Below are positions 21,931 to 35,943 of a DNA stretch of 64,000 nt, piece after piece. Position 1 is the first letter of the stretch. Each line of letters starts with the position of its first letter. Position numbers and translations under genes: made by a program. This stretch comes from Mytilus californianus (taxonomy: Eukaryota): positions 13,950,001 to 14,014,000 of the forward strand of contig NW_026262581.1 in assembly GCF_021869535.1 (NCBI RefSeq), written 5' to 3'. Under the pieces are notes generated by a model. The model saw only the letters and a program-made list of their open reading frames with translations. It did no database searches and was not told where the DNA came from.

Positions 21931-23914
21931 GAGCTCCTTATAAGCACAACAACTGAGAAAATATCCTTTATGAGGTCAATGTATTGTAATCAGTGGATGA
22001 AATACTATTTATTTTAATGTATGCAAGTGCTTCAAAGTAACCAATAATCAACAGATGTGGGTTAGAATAAAATGTCAAAAAGTCTTGAAATTAAAAAAAA
22101 ATAGACGTTAAGGGGAACATAAAACATAGTGTAGGATCTAGGATTTTCAAAAGGGGAGGCATAATTGGTAGAATTCTGACAGTTAAAATGTCTATGCATG
22201 AACCGTTATTGCAGCCAGTTAATAAATGATGATGCACATTAAAAATCAGGTAGTTCAACATAAAATTCATGTATATCAATAATTTTATCTGCAATATAAA
22301 ATATTCAATAATGAAACAAAGATGTCATAAACTAATGACAACAAATGTTTAAAGCAACACAATTTTTATCGACCATCCTTATGATAAAAAAATTAAAAAA
22401 ATTTTGCTCTTATCAGAACTTAATCACGAATTACGCGGATATTAAAATAGCCATTCGATAATGCACGGTTCAAAGGTATTAAGTTGTCACATGATCTGCA
22501 TACACAGCCCTTGTGATCCAAATACCAACGAGTAAATGATTCAAAATTCTGCGAAACGTATAATACAGTAAGTCTTTAATTTCACCAATAAAATTCCTTA
22601 CCATTTTATAAATAGTATTTATTTACTTAATTTCTGCCATATTTCAAAGTTCTATTTTTTTTTACATTTTTCCTTACCTTTTAAATTTTGGTGTTTTTTT
22701 ACTCTCAGGACTGCTTTACTCGTATACGGTTCCTGTGTAGACAAGGGTTATAAATTTACATGTAGGTTTGAGGAAGAATACATATACAAACAAACATTTG
22801 ACATAAATATGTGATTTCGTGAAGAATGGAACATATGTTTAAGCTTGGCACAGTCTTCGATTTTGAACGAAACATGGAAAAAGGCTTTTTGTAAAAAAAA
22901 AAAACAAACAACTTCTTAATAACACGTTGCAGGGATAACATTTCTGAATCAGCAAAAAAAAAACCGACGTAAACAAAATGTCAGAAAACCCGTTGCAACA
23001 CTGATGACAACAAATGAAATAAAGGCTCGCAAATACGTTTAACGAGTAAAGTTCCAGCACGAAAACAAGTTAAATAAACGTTTGTTAACGTTTGGCATGA
23101 ATAGTATCTAAGCCCGAAACGAAGTGAAATATTTTCAAGGCTAGCAAACACGTTGCATAAATAACATTTTTGCACGAAAAAAGGAATAAATGTTCGAAAT
23201 CGAAAACACGTTGCACGAATTACCGCTTTACACTCTCATAGAACATAGACGTCATGTTTTTGGCTTTAGAATTTACTATCTAAAGGCATTGAACTACAGA
23301 GAACAAAAAAATATTTTGCTATTTTGCTGTTGTATTTTTTTTTCTTAAGGTGTTGAGTCATATGAAAGTAAATTAATTCACTGTTAAAAAAATGAAAACA
23401 AACACTTTACAAACTTCATGTGTCCGAAGCTCTTTTCTTTATTTACCTTCGTCAGGAACTCTCAAAGCTGAATATTTGAAAGCCAAGCATGTATAAGAAT
23501 AGTTAAATAGCTATATGACCAAAAAGGTCATTGTTTTAAGTTTTGTTTTGAATGTTGTTGTTTATCAAGGGTAATTAATTTTCTACGTTCGTATAGAAGG
23601 AAGTTTAGAGTACAATTTAATGAGTCAGGAGACAAATAACATAAGTTCACAGAATAGTGATATTTTAAAGTACATAATACAATCTCAAGTGGTTGACACT
23701 CGCATAACATATATAACAATCCTTATATGTAGTCTAGGCATGAATTCAAGAGTCGCCAAAACAACTGTCATCAATACCAGATTCACAAAAAAAGATCAAA
23801 AGATCACAAAATGTTTAAAAAAATAACAAGATATGCATAGTATTTTTCATCGTTTTGGTTTTGTACATAATTTTAAGCAAGCTTTTTTAATTTATGGCAG
23901 ATATTACGTCAGAC

Positions 23915-24754
23915 ATGGGTTTGGTCGAGTATATACATCCTTATCTAGCAGAAGCGGACTATAAAAAGACATCCGTTAAACTAACTTTCATTTTTTCATC
24001 ATTCATTTTCTACTCACTTCTTTACATTTTTTCTCACGTTTTTGGAAGTGGGACGCGTACTTATAACAATCTTACTAAAAAGGAAAAAGTCTTTTGGAAT
24101 TTAGCTGTCGTTCGTGCAATATATGGGATTTTCTGTACTGTCATTGGGATCTGGGCTATATTTGTGGACGAAGAGCTGGAGAAAGATGTTGTTTTTGCTA
24201 CAACTCCTACAAGTTATTTTGCTCTGACAGTTACGGTAGGATTTTTTATTTTCGAATGCTCTGCAATAATTATTTCCGATATTATATACCGGAAGTTCAG
24301 TTTTCTGTTAAACCTTCACCATTGGCTTTCTCTTGTTGGATACAGTGTTTTGATGATCGTTGAAAGCAGTCACTGCTTCGGAACAAAGGGACTTATATTA
24401 GAAATGAGCACGCCATTTTCTGCTATCTGCTGGACAGTTCTCAAAGTCGGAAAGGCAGACACTTTGTTATGGAAAGCAAACCAGTTTCTATTGGTTCATA
24501 CTTTCCATTTGCGGTCGGTGGTTGAATGCTTTCTGTGGTATATAACATTTAAACACTGGGACCGAATATGGGAGGCCATGCCACTAGCATTGTTTATTAT
24601 GCTTTATATTCAGCTGACGTTAGTCACATTCGTCATGACACCATACTGGACATACAAGAAAACGCAACAGATGATCGTACCTGTCGATTGGAATTTTGAA
24701 GAGTCAAACAAAACCCGGATGACGAATGGTGCCGTGGAAAAGAAAACGGCATAA
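23915..24754 (+). CDS. CLN8: CLN8-like TLC-domain ER membrane protein, paralog a (uninterrupted CDS; ORF-track start is 23894)
   Basis: Motifs characteristic of CLN8: KVFWNLA..RA..G, TVGFF.FE, HH, LEMSTPF, NQ.L..H.FH.R, PYWT.KKTQQ...PVDWNF. C-terminal KKTA di-lysine motif. Confidence 0.92.
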   Translation: MGLVEYIHPYLAEADYKKTSVKLTFIFSSFIFYSLLYIFSHVFGSGTRTYNNLTKKEKVFWNLAVVRAIYGIFCTVIGIWAIFVDEELEKDVVFATTPTSYFALTVTVGFFIFECSAIIISDIIYRKFSFLLNLHHWLSLVGYSVLMIVESSHCFGTKGLILEMSTPFSAICWTVLKVGKADTLLWKANQFLLVHTFHLRSVVECFLWYITFKHWDRIWEAMPLALFIMLYIQLTLVTFVMTPYWTYKKTQQMIVPVDWNFEESNKTRMTNGAVEKKTA

Positions 24755-24960
24755 ACTAAATTTGTGAGTGAGAAATACTCAGGGTGTTGAGACTGTAAAC
24801 AAACAATGTTGTTACCTTTTGTTTTTGTTTTAATAAATTGTTTCAAATAAAAAAAACATGCATTCTCATCAAAAGTTTACAATTATGACTTTCTTTTGTT
24901 TTAAAGATACCAAGGATTTGTATACTATACAAATCCTTGAAGATTTACATTACATTACAT

Positions 24961-25290
24961 GTATGTTTCATTATAATACGTTATTTTGATTGGCTAACAG
25001 CAATCTCGCGTCATTCTGAAATTAACATTCATTTCAAAATGAAATATAACATTCATCATGACATAAGCTTCCACAATAAAGAGAACAGGTAAATAAACGA
25101 AAAACTTGATAGAAATCGTGTTTTCATGATCATAGCAAAAAAAAAATGTAATTATAAGTATTGAATGCTTCTTTTAGTAATTTTATAGGGTTGTAAAAGC
25201 GTTGACCGCGCTTCATACAAAATGTACTTCAGTCAACGCTTTTACACCCCAATAAATTTACAAAAAGAAGCATTCAATTCTTAATTATTT
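24961..25290. mobile_element. Non-autonomous element ending in an imperfect palindrome of about 130 nt (25155-25284)
   Basis: Arms aagtattgaatgcttctttt...gtaaaagcgttgac / gtcaacgcttttacac...aaaagaagcattcaattctt. Confidence 0.6.
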
Positions 25291-25719
25291 AATACCAATA
25301 TTTATATGACTTGAACATTATGCCAGGGTGCAGTAACTATATCTTTGCCTAGCTCAGAAACGGTACGGCGATGGCTCGACCGTTCATTCTTCATGTTTCA
25401 TTTCAATCTGCAAATAACAATCAATTGCGTTACCTCCGTAATAAAAAAGCCAACGGAAGTTTATTGTCTGAGAACAAATTTACAGAAAACTTAACCTTTA
25501 GAAAATATAGAAGGAGATGTGGATGATACTTCAATGAAATAACAACCTAGAGACAAAAACCTTAGAAAAAAAAACATTTAGAGGTTTTCATACAATCTTC
25601 AACAAGTGTCCATACAAAATGGCAGGCTCTCAATCGACCACCGTCTAAAAAACTAACGAATAATTGACAAGAGACTATTAAAGGTCTGTCATGAGCACCT
25701 ATTGAATTACATAATAGAT

Positions 25720-25895
25720 TAGTTATTGAAAACTGGTCATTATCGTGATATATGGACTTCCCACATGACAGTGGTATTGACTAAGACAGCGATAATGATC
25801 GAGCCGAAGGCGAGGTCATTATCGCTGTCGCAGTCAATAACACTGTCCTACGGGCAGTCCATGTATCACGATAATGACCAGTTCTTTAATAACTA
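25720..25895. repeat. Palindromic (foldback) MITE-like element of about 175 nt
   Basis: Arms of about 80 bp (tagttattgaaaactggtcattatcgtgata...cagcgataatgatc / ggtcattatcgctgtc...atcacgataatgaccagttctttaataacta) around the loop cgagccgaaggcga. Confidence 0.8.
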
Positions 25896-26896
25896 TTGTT
25901 TATTTCATTGAGGAACCATGTTTTTAAAACATTCTCATAAATTCAAATTGTTCAAAGCAAACTCGAGTTATTGTACGATTTCTATAGGAAAGAGTTAAGA
26001 CCAGTCATAGTGATAACTATAAGTCACTGCCATTCATTTAAGTGAATTTTTCAGTATATGAATACAAAAATAAAGTTTTCTATCATTTTATAATTAACCA
26101 GAGAAACCACGCCCCACTGGTCATTAATATGTTAAAGTCCGTTAACGACCGGTTTATGGTCCGTTTTTATCTGTTAAAGACCGATGGAATTTATTACTGA
26201 AGAATAAAGAATGTCATGCGGCCCCTTTTTATCCAATAAGAGAAGCCAATTCTTAACCGATATGAAATAATCATAATTAAATGTATCTAAACCTAACATG
26301 ACTGGGAAATTTAAAAGAATTATTTCATGGAGACAAAATATCTATTTTTCATTTTCTCCTAAGATATCCTGAAAGTAGCAAATGACTAAATCTAATGTTG
26401 CCAAGGATGTATTTTATATGCAATTCAGTGGTAAGACAATGACAGTTTATTCATTTATAGGAATTGAATACTTTGTGATATTATTCGCTTCATGTAAACT
26501 GTGACAAATTGTCGGACAAGTGATACATTGTATTGTACTGTGCAATAAAATAAATTTTTTACTTTTATTTTTTATGAGTAAATTATTATTCGAACGCTCA
26601 TAATTAAGAAATTCATGGGAGCTGTTATTAAAATGCTGATTTTCCACATATTTTGACACCTGTTAGCGACTTACTTTAGTTTCTATGGGAACTAAATAGG
26701 AAATATCTTTCCTCAAAACCACAAGATCAATGAAATCAATCGAATGAAAGATTTATTTGGCGTTACGCACTATTCTATAGTTACTTTAGAAATTAGATGT
26801 GATATGTTTGCCAATGAGATAACTATCTACCAAAGACCAAAGAACAAGGATGTAACAACTACAGGTCATCGCACGGCATAAGTAATTCTTAGTTAA

Positions 26897-27286
26897 GGAT
26901 GTACTTAGGTCAGGTTTATGAATTTTTGTCAGATGTTTGGACTTCTTTTGTTTTTTCCTACGATACAGGATAAAATATTTTGCCCCATACCACCCACTTT
27001 TCTTTTCATAGAAGACTTCAATAGCTCATAAAATAGTCATTACCAAAATTCAAGCAGATTCTAGATTTTTTTTCTTACGATTTGAAACCCAAATAATGCC
27101 AATTATGAATATATGTAAAAGTCCAAGTCAGCCTTTTCCCGCCATTTTAAAAAAATCAATATCGCAAAAAGGAGTTCCATTACATCTCAATATTTTTAGC
27201 TTATTTTGTTCCTTAACTAATGCTCTTCTGACTTAAAGAATCGATTTTGAATTCGAGATTTTTTTTAATTTCACCTAACTACATCC
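26897..27286. mobile_element. Kolobok-like MITE
   Basis: TTAA|GGATGTACTTAGGT ... ACCTAACTACATCC|CTAA (right TSD has one mismatch). Confidence 0.6.
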
Positions 27287-29049
27287 CTAAACTACATTAT
27301 AAAACCAAAATAATGATATAGATAAAGATAAATAGATATTTTTTTTATTTCCAATAGGGGACCCATTATAGGCATAATCAGTACATTGGTTTTTTATCAC
27401 ACAATTGCAATAGTCAATACACAAGAAAATAAAAAATAAAAATACAACTGACAAAAAACATGAAATATAAATTGAGTTAATAATACATGTAGTCACATAA
27501 ACCAGTATGTTTAGTGTTTATTGACCATGTACCAGAAGCAGCATCACATCCATTATAGAAAAAGCTTTTGAGTTAAGTACTTCCTCGTAGCTGATGCATA
27601 TAAACAAATAGTATTGTTGTTCATATGCAGGAGTCACCAAGTGCAGGTGCTTAAAGGACACTCAAGCCAATACACAGAAATATGAAAACTTACACACTTT
27701 ACAACACAAGCATAAACTAATACTTAAAAAGAATTACTATATTATAGTCCTGCTTGTGGCTAATGCACATAAATAAGATTAATATGTAGTTATCCAAATG
27801 CAGGAGCCACCAAGGGCAGGTGCTTAAAGGACATAGTAATATATTGTGTAAAATTTCTGTATAAAAAAAATTGGATTTGGACGCAGCCTCTAGCACAACT
27901 TGTCCCAATGATATATAAAAAGGATAACAGGAATGACAAGAATTACTGTACAGTACAATATACTACTTCCAACACCCGACTCCTCCGAAAATAACAATGA
28001 ACAACACATGGTCCAGATAGACTGACTTGGTACAGGCGCACAATGTGGTGGGGTTAAAGACCACACACCACCACCACCACCACACATCTTTGCCTATATA
28101 GACCCATAGGTTGTAAAACAACTAAAACACACAATAAACACCTGCACAGTGTAGCAACCAACAGGACGATCACTAACATGAAAAATTGGAAAAAAAACAA
28201 AAACACATAATTTGGAAATCAGGGTCAACACGTGCTCGCAACTACAGGAATTTAAGCTAGCTAGGGCCCGGTTTAAAGCTGTTGCGGTAAATCCGCAATG
28301 CATATATGACAAACCTTCGGGCGTAGCAAGACATACAGAAATTTAAGTGTTAATGGTTTTATACATTTGTCGAGAATAATAATTTTTTAAACAATCTTTA
28401 TATTGCATTAAAATATTTAAGATATTTTACAAAATGATAAAATACCTGACCAAACATTCAGTTGATAAAAACGAGAAAGTCCACTGTTTGCCCCCTACGA
28501 AGTCAATCACGTGTCCCATCAAGAAGTATCGTAAATATAATAACATCTTCTTAATGTTCACAAAATCAGATAGAATAATCTACCATTATATTGTATTTCA
28601 ACTTCATTTTACATATTTGTTTGCGGTCCTCGTATTTCGTGCATATATGGAAAATAAAAGTGCACAAGCTTCCTGACATTGCCTCATTTTGAGACATTCC
28701 CATAAATATTTATACATGCACGATATCCTAACTAGTCCAGGACCTACTAGACCCCGTATCACTCCTAATATTACGACATGTTAATGACCCGTTTATGACA
28801 TCACGTTTAATTTTTCCGTGAGAGCCCCATGTATAGAAATCGGACACAGTTTCTCCCCACTGAGGGGTACAATCCCTCCCTCCCATACACACAACATGTT
28901 TAGGTAACACAAACAAGAATCATTCGGTATCGTTGGTTAAAGGCTTGAAATAAGGCACATCTGGGGCCATGCCGGGGCTTAATTGTACGCTCAAGTGAGT
29001 ATATTTCCTATGTCAGTCGAAATTCGTTCCCTTTTTGCCAACCTCAACA

Positions 29050-29266
29050 TACTGTAAACTTTGATTCTAGAAATTATTGAGAGGTTTTTATTAATGCGGA
29101 AAATGCGACTACTTGAGTATCGCAATAATAAGAACTCGCATTCTGCTATCTGATACATATATCTGTATGCAGCTTTCCGAAAATCGCAATTATTAAACTC
29201 GCATTTTTGTTCATTCTTCAAAAATCGCAATAATAAATACATGCAATAATTTCTGAATTTTCGGTA
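29050..29266. mobile_element. TA-flanked Tc1/mariner-like MITE
   Basis: TACTGTAAA...AGAAATTATT / AATAATTTCTGAATTTTCGGTA. A partial copy ends at about 10058. Confidence 0.55.
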
Positions 29267-29520
29267 CTCATTCTTTAAATTTATGTCCATTGTGTATACC
29301 AAGTTTCATTTTCGTCACCTCAATATTACCTGTTTGCTCTGATGGCTTAAAAGACCAATAATCAATCACTCGGTGTTGATCTAAAGTGATTGTAGACCGT
29401 ATAACCTTAAAATTAACACAATTTCGAAATCAGATAAGATTAAACTGTAGTATTAATCGGTAACACTGTCAATCAGATCAGAAGGACACTGATCAAGGAC
29501 AATTCAACAAAAATTAATAT

Positions 29521-29646
29521 GGTACTGATCGGGGACAATAACAAATATAATGGAATGGTACTGATCGGGGACAATAACAAATATAATGGAATGGTACTGA
29601 TCGGGGACAATAACAAATATAATGGAATGGTACTGATCGGGGACAA
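29521..29646. repeat. Perfect 36-bp tandem repeat, about 3.5 copies
   Basis: Unit ggtactgatcggggacaataacaaatataatggaat. Confidence 0.95.
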
Positions 29647-30057
29647 ATTCTCAAATCAGATTATTTATGTTTTCTACCCTCACACCTAATCGAGGTCAAT
29701 TTTATTTATCAGTGGGAATTTAAAAATAGAATCCAAAACAACAATAATGAAGAAACAAAAATAAATAATAGTTATAAATGAAAGCATTATCTCAACAAAA
29801 TGTATAAACAAAAATTGTAGGCTTCACCAAGGGAACAAATTAAGGTATAAACGAACCAAAATATTGTGCAATGCGAAAACATTCCAAATGATACAAAGGT
29901 AGATAATCTTGGAGTTTGGCTTTGTTCAAGCTATTTTTTATCTTACCCAATGATTTGACATAAAATTTAACTAGTTTTTTCATACATATGATAATAGTGT
30001 GTGTAATTGCAAATGAGGGAGCTGTCCGGCAAAGATAATAGGCTAATAATAAGTTAG

Positions 30058-30600
30058 ATGATTGACAACATATTTGATATGTTTGGTTAGTGTGTTTTAA
30101 CAGATATTCCTATGGGGACCAACTGCGTTCCTTTCCTTGTCGATCTTTTTCTTTATTCGCGTGAGGCAGACTTCAAACAGGAGCGCCTTAAGAAGAATCC
30201 TTCAAATTAACTTCTTCTATCATAGATTATGACCTCATACTGAATAATCTTAAGTTTGGTGAATATGTTCATCGCAATTATCGATTCTCATTGCAACAAA
30301 AGATACCACAGATGCAGTTAAGTCTGTTTCATATATTGACTTACATCTAGAAATTGACAATGGTTGTCGGTTGAGAACTAAGCTTTTACAGCAAAAGAGA
30401 TGATTTTCATTTCTATGTAGTAACATTCAAGCAACAGCTGGGTATATGCTTCCGAGTTGGTACGATATTCCAGGACTTGTGTCACCTTTCATTATCTCCT
30501 TGATAGAGGGTTGCTGCTTACAAGGAATCTATTGAAATAAATGTGATTAACGGTAAAGTTGTCAATGAAGTAAATCCTACGAAAGATTTACAGACGCCAT
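30058..30600 (+). pseudogene. Decayed Penelope-like reverse transcriptase
   Basis: Frameshifted remnants MIDNIF, IPMGTNCVPFLVDLFLYS.EADF, KDTTD.VKS.SY.DLHLEIDNG, KRDDF, FLCSNI. Confidence 0.8.
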
Positions 30601-32184
30601 TATATTATGATTTTTGTAGATATACTTTTTTATCGATAAAATACATGTCTAGTAAAATAATTATTTACTACGAATATAAGGCTTTATGGTTTTCTATTAA
30701 GTAAAAAGAGGTCAATGCATTCTGTAATACCATTTTTTTCTTTTCGATATTTTAAAACTTTTTAAAGCAAATAGCGAACTTTCTTTAATACATTAGATTG
30801 GTAACTTATTCGTATTTTTAATAATAAGTTTAGGTGAACTTACAGCGTTATCTGTTTTTTTGTTTTTTTAATGAACCCAAAAGAGGAAACCCAATTAAGT
30901 AAGCGATGATAGTCAGGTGTCATATCATTTAGGTTTGCTATAAATAAAGGTCGCCTAATATTATTCTACACTCGAAACGAATAACAATCCTAAATTTTCT
31001 AATCGTGTTGTTGTTTCCTGACAACCGAAATATATCATGTTAAAACAAGATTCACATGCACAGGCATGACACGAAACAGTCAAAGTGCTCGATTTATAAA
31101 TTTTACAGAAATATCATAGGATGAAAATTATCAATGTTGGCTTTTTGACAGTGGTCTGTTTATCAATATATGATGTCATTAGTAGTTTGCACTTGTTGGC
31201 TATCGTATATATACGATAACCTAGAACGAATTTTATCGTCTTTTGAATTAACATTTATAAACGTTAAGGTTCCTGTTGTTATAATCTTTGTTTTGTTTTA
31301 ATTTCTGCTTTCATTTTGTTTTTCATGTTTTATATCATATCACTGACAACACAAAAGTGTGTCATAATTCAACATTTTATTCATAAAAAGGGGAAAAGAC
31401 ACAAAGGGACATTGAAAAAAACATAACCAAAGAAACACAGACATCTTCGGCAAGGGAAAAACGACACAGTGATAAGCAACAATCCACAAAAACATTTCCA
31501 CACAAAAATATAGATCAAGCGGCATAAACCCCACAAATACTCAGGTACTCCAGTAGAGTCCGCAGTTCTTGCTCAATTAGTGAAACCCGTCCTGTTCAAA
31601 TTCGTTGATGAATCATATAGAGTAAAACCGACCATTCAATAGCGGATCTGTGAGTGTCTCGTGTCTTACTCTAAGAAAAAATCTCATTCTTCAACCATCG
31701 GTACACGAGAATTCTCTCACCTAACACTCAGTGACTCAATGTGAAAATATTAGATTAAAAAACTTTTTTTCTGCACAAATGGCAGAAATGACTGTTTGTC
31801 GGTAGAAACAACACGGACATTAAAAAAATACATATGCACGAATTGCAACACGGACCTTTTTTAAAACAAAAATAGGGATTACCTCAGGTCTTTCGGAAGG
31901 ATAAACAATTACTACTACAACAGTGGCACCCGGTTTGTTGCCGATAAAAAGTTGCATTTGGTGAGATAAACTAGTGACCAAAAGTTTTAAATGCAAAAAT
32001 TAGTTAAGGTTGGAGAGAATAAAAAACAAAAGGACTTAAACTGATCATATATGGTCAATTGTTTCTGAAGGTGTTGCAACTTTTATTTTACAACTAACTT
32101 TTATAAGCTGTAAATTCACATTTGTATTTCCTTCTTCTCCGCCAAGCATGCGACATATATAGTTGAAATCAAAGACTGATATAG

Positions 32185-32385
32185 ACTAGGAGTCCGAATA
32201 ATGTGTCTGAGTAGGGTGATATATCTTCCTGAGTTCTACTATCTTGTGAGCTGGCAGGTAAAAAATCCGATTCAGTGCGTTGGGATAGTACAAAGCATGG
32301 CGTATTCCTATCTCATTTTAGCGTCATGAATATGCATTAAATATATTTGCCACTGGATTTTAAGCAACCACCAATCAATAATTCA
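32185..32385 (+). mobile_element. Degenerate SINE-like 3' body
   Basis: 'ataatgtgtctgagtagggtgat...aaaatccgattcagtgcgttgggatagtacaaagc...ttttaagcaaccaccaatcaat' resembles mollusc SINE bodies. A related fragment lies at about 33330-33400. Confidence 0.4.
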
Positions 32386-32468
32386 ATGTGTGCAGTGTCG
32401 GAAGCCATTTTTAAACGGTACGCTTAAAACGAAAAAGGATGAATGAAAATTGCACATACAAAGAAATG

Positions 32469-32985
32469 AAAAAAACATATTGCAGTCAAACATTTGTATT
32501 GATCATAGAAAAAAAACATATTGTAGTCAAACATTTGTATCGATTAACAGTAATAGAAAAAAATATATTGCAGTCAAACATTTGAATCGATCATACAGTA
32601 ATAGAAAAAAACATATTGTAGTCAAACATTTGTATCGATCATACAATAATAGAAAAAAACATATTGTAGTCAAACATTTGTATCGATCAAACAGTAATAG
32701 AAAAAAAAAACATATTGCAGTCAAACATTTGTATCGATCATACAGTAATAGAAAAAACATATTGCAGTCAAACATTTGTATCGATCATACAGTAATAGAA
32801 AAAACATATTGCAGTCAAACATTTGTATCGATCATACAGTAATAGAAAAAAAGATATTGTAGTCAAACATTTGTATCGATCATACAGTAATAGAAAAAAC
32901 ATATTGCAGTCAAACATTTGTATCGATCATACAGTAATAGAAAAAAACATATTGCAGTCAAACATTTGTATCGATCATACAGTAA
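32469..32985. repeat. Minisatellite, 11 copies of a unit of about 47 bp
   Basis: Unit aaaaaacatattgcagtcaaacatttgtatcgatcatacagtaatag with a variable A-run. Confidence 0.95.
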
Positions 32986-35943
32986 ATAAGGAACTTTTAT
33001 GTCACCATAATGTGTATACGGAATTTCCATGCAGATGTGTATAATAATTTTCTTTTATTATATTTCGTAAAGCACTAAGTTAATCAAAGCGACTACAAAA
33101 GAAACAGTCGAATTTAGCCCAGTGTTCTAACTTAAGCCTCAGCCATAAGTTCAAACTGATCAGTTTGAAGATTACTCATATACTATTAATCTAAAAAGGT
33201 ATCTTGTTTGTCTTGGATGCGATTCAAAACACGGCTGTAACAAAACAAAGCCTTCAAATTAGTAAATTCTGCCCTTAGACTGGTTGACACGGATTAAGAA
33301 GAATGTTTACGACGTTCAGCCCTAAATCTGCAGACTGTTATTTTGTAAGCTAACACTGTAAATAAAATGCGACTCCGCGTGTTGGTCTTGTACAAAGCAA
33401 GTTATAAAATAGTCATAGTCATATAGTCATATCTCATCAACACGTTACAAATATAAGTGAGATTCCCCGAAAGTGGTTGAAGTGTTTCTTGTTTTCTTTG
33501 TCAATTTGACATATTATTTGCAATAACTACATGAACTAATTGCTGCATTCGAAACAGGATATGCTTACCCTCTTCTCGAATTTCATAAGAGTGCATATTT
33601 CCTTTAGGTTTTCAAGGTTTTTTATTTGTTGTTGTATATCTATTGTTTTCATCGTTGTGACATGGTCTGTCCTGGTCTATTGTCTGTTGTGCCGACTTCT
33701 GACGCTGTCTTTGATTTTCTACATATTTATGACAGTAATTTAGAATATTTTCAATACTTTGTCTTGGAAATCGTACTTAGTATACAAGGTTTACAATTGC
33801 CTTAAAACAAGGCTTGCATCAGGGTTTAATGAATATGTACAGAATTTATAAATTTTGGGTACACATAATCTTATTTGTAGATAAACTGACGAAATGTAAT
33901 GTCCAAAAGTCAACACTGATATAATTGTGTAAGCAAGATAACCTGGTCAATCATTCTATGGCAGTGAGGTTAATAACCAACAGGATAATTAACATCGCCT
34001 TAATGACCAGTTGATTAAGTTATATAGTGAACCTGGTTTGAGAGATTTTCAATTCAGCAGGTATTTGTTTTGGACAAGTTTCTTATAATGACTTTTTACT
34101 TCAAAGTTAACGGTACGGTACGACAAAGTTTTGCCGTTTTAAATTTAAAATCTCCACTATGTATATTAATTTCTTAGATATAAAAAAAAAAAAAAATTAA
34201 CCGTTTGCACTCGGTCCTCAAACTCAGTTCATAACTGATAAAACCAAAACTACGTGAGTGTCTTGTTCTTGTGTTGATAGTAAGATATACAAAAATCATT
34301 TAATCAGTCTAACAAAATATATTGCTGCAACTTTTCTTCTATAAGTACGTTAATTTAATTTAAAAGTACCCTTTCTGGCACAGATGTTTTTGATATATAT
34401 AATTTCATATAAAAATTACATAAAAAAATAATGACAATTTTGGGGGTAAAATATGGTAATCATGACATATATATATGACATTTCTTGCTTTCCTGTGCTG
34501 TGGTACTATAAACATTTTTTTCTGTAAAGCCATTTTATATCGCCATCTTCATCTAGAAATATGTAACAGAGTACAATTGGACATTAATTCTTATTTCCAT
34601 GTTTAGATAAAGAAATAACATATTTGAAAAATATTCATAAGTATTTATCTTAATCACATTTTTATGAACATTTTAATAAGAAGAAATTTATTATTTAAAC
34701 TATCCAATATTTCACAAATATTATCTAACCATGTATTATACATGTAATACATGTAATTTACAAGTTAACATGAATTAACAAATTGACCAACACGTCAAAT
34801 AATATTTACACAATTTAGTTTCCAAACAGGGAACTGTGGCGAAAAAACACATTTACATGTTTTCTTATGCAACAACTTGCAAATTTTGTGTCATGGGGAA
34901 GATGTTATTACATACATGTAGCGGGGTTCCGCACAGGTAAATATGACGACAAGTCTTTGATTGTAAATAGATTTTCCTTAATCAAGCCTTACCTGAAACT
35001 CTGGACATTGTATAAATACCGTGGTCTGGTATGTTCTGGTCACTCAGGATATTCTATGCCAAAAACACCGATAAGTAAATATTATAATACAAGGCTTGAT
35101 TGATTGTAAACAGTTGGCTTATTCACGACACTGTGTCAAATACTACATGGCTGTATAAAGTTTCCTGCATATTGATGTAATAAACAAACAAAGATATAAG
35201 AAGATGTGGTATGAGTGCCAATGAGACAACTCAGTCTCCATCCAAGTCAAAATTTATAAAAGTAAACAATTATAGGTCAAAGTACGGTCTTCAACATGGA
35301 GCCTTAGCTCACACCGAACAGCAAGCTATAAAGGGCCACAAAAATTACTAGTGTAAAACCATTCAAACGGGAAAACCAACGGTCTAATCTATATATAAAA
35401 CCGAGAAACGAGAAACACTTATGAACCTCATCAACAAACGACAACTACTGAACATCAGATTCCTGACTTAGGACAGGTGCAGACAAATGCAGCGGGTTTA
35501 AACGTTTTAATGGTACCAAAACCTTCACCCTTTTTCTGAAACAATAGTGTAACATCACAACATAGAAAGACACACTATAAAATATCAACTGAAATAGCTT
35601 AACTCAATCAAAGGACATATTAACACCAGTGAACATACACTGAACAAATAAATTTGACCTATGATACAATGTAAATACAAAATAAATAAACTAAGGGAAG
35701 AATAATAAAAGAAACATGTTATACCGCTATGAAATGTTAAACAATTTAAGAAAAACAATATGCCGCAGTCGAACAAAAATATCAGCCATTTGCAATAACT
35801 TTAAACACAGGTAAATGAAAATAATTTTAAACATGTTTTATAAGATCTCAATCCTGATAATACGTTGTTTGCTAGATAAACAATGAACAAATATAAATTT
35901 GATGTTAAAAGTCTCTCTTTGTTACAGGCTCCTGATATTCAGT

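Noticed and set aside
17934-23900. Exon 2 donor of the orphan gene is phase-compatible with the CLN8a acceptor, which would give an N-terminally extended CLN8
   Set aside because: A phase match has a 1-in-3 chance. A nearer acceptor (18829) gives a terminal exon with stop, AATAAA and homology to the neighbour. Only junction reads could revive this.
27590-27835. Two copies of 'atgcaggag.caccaag.gcaggtgcttaaaggaca' about 172 bp apart
   Set aside because: Decayed tandem duplication with nothing further to support a function.
32450-33044. ORFs of 130, 82 and 73 aa with repeated peptides
   Set aside because: Translations of the 47-bp minisatellite. A-run length variation shifts frames between units.
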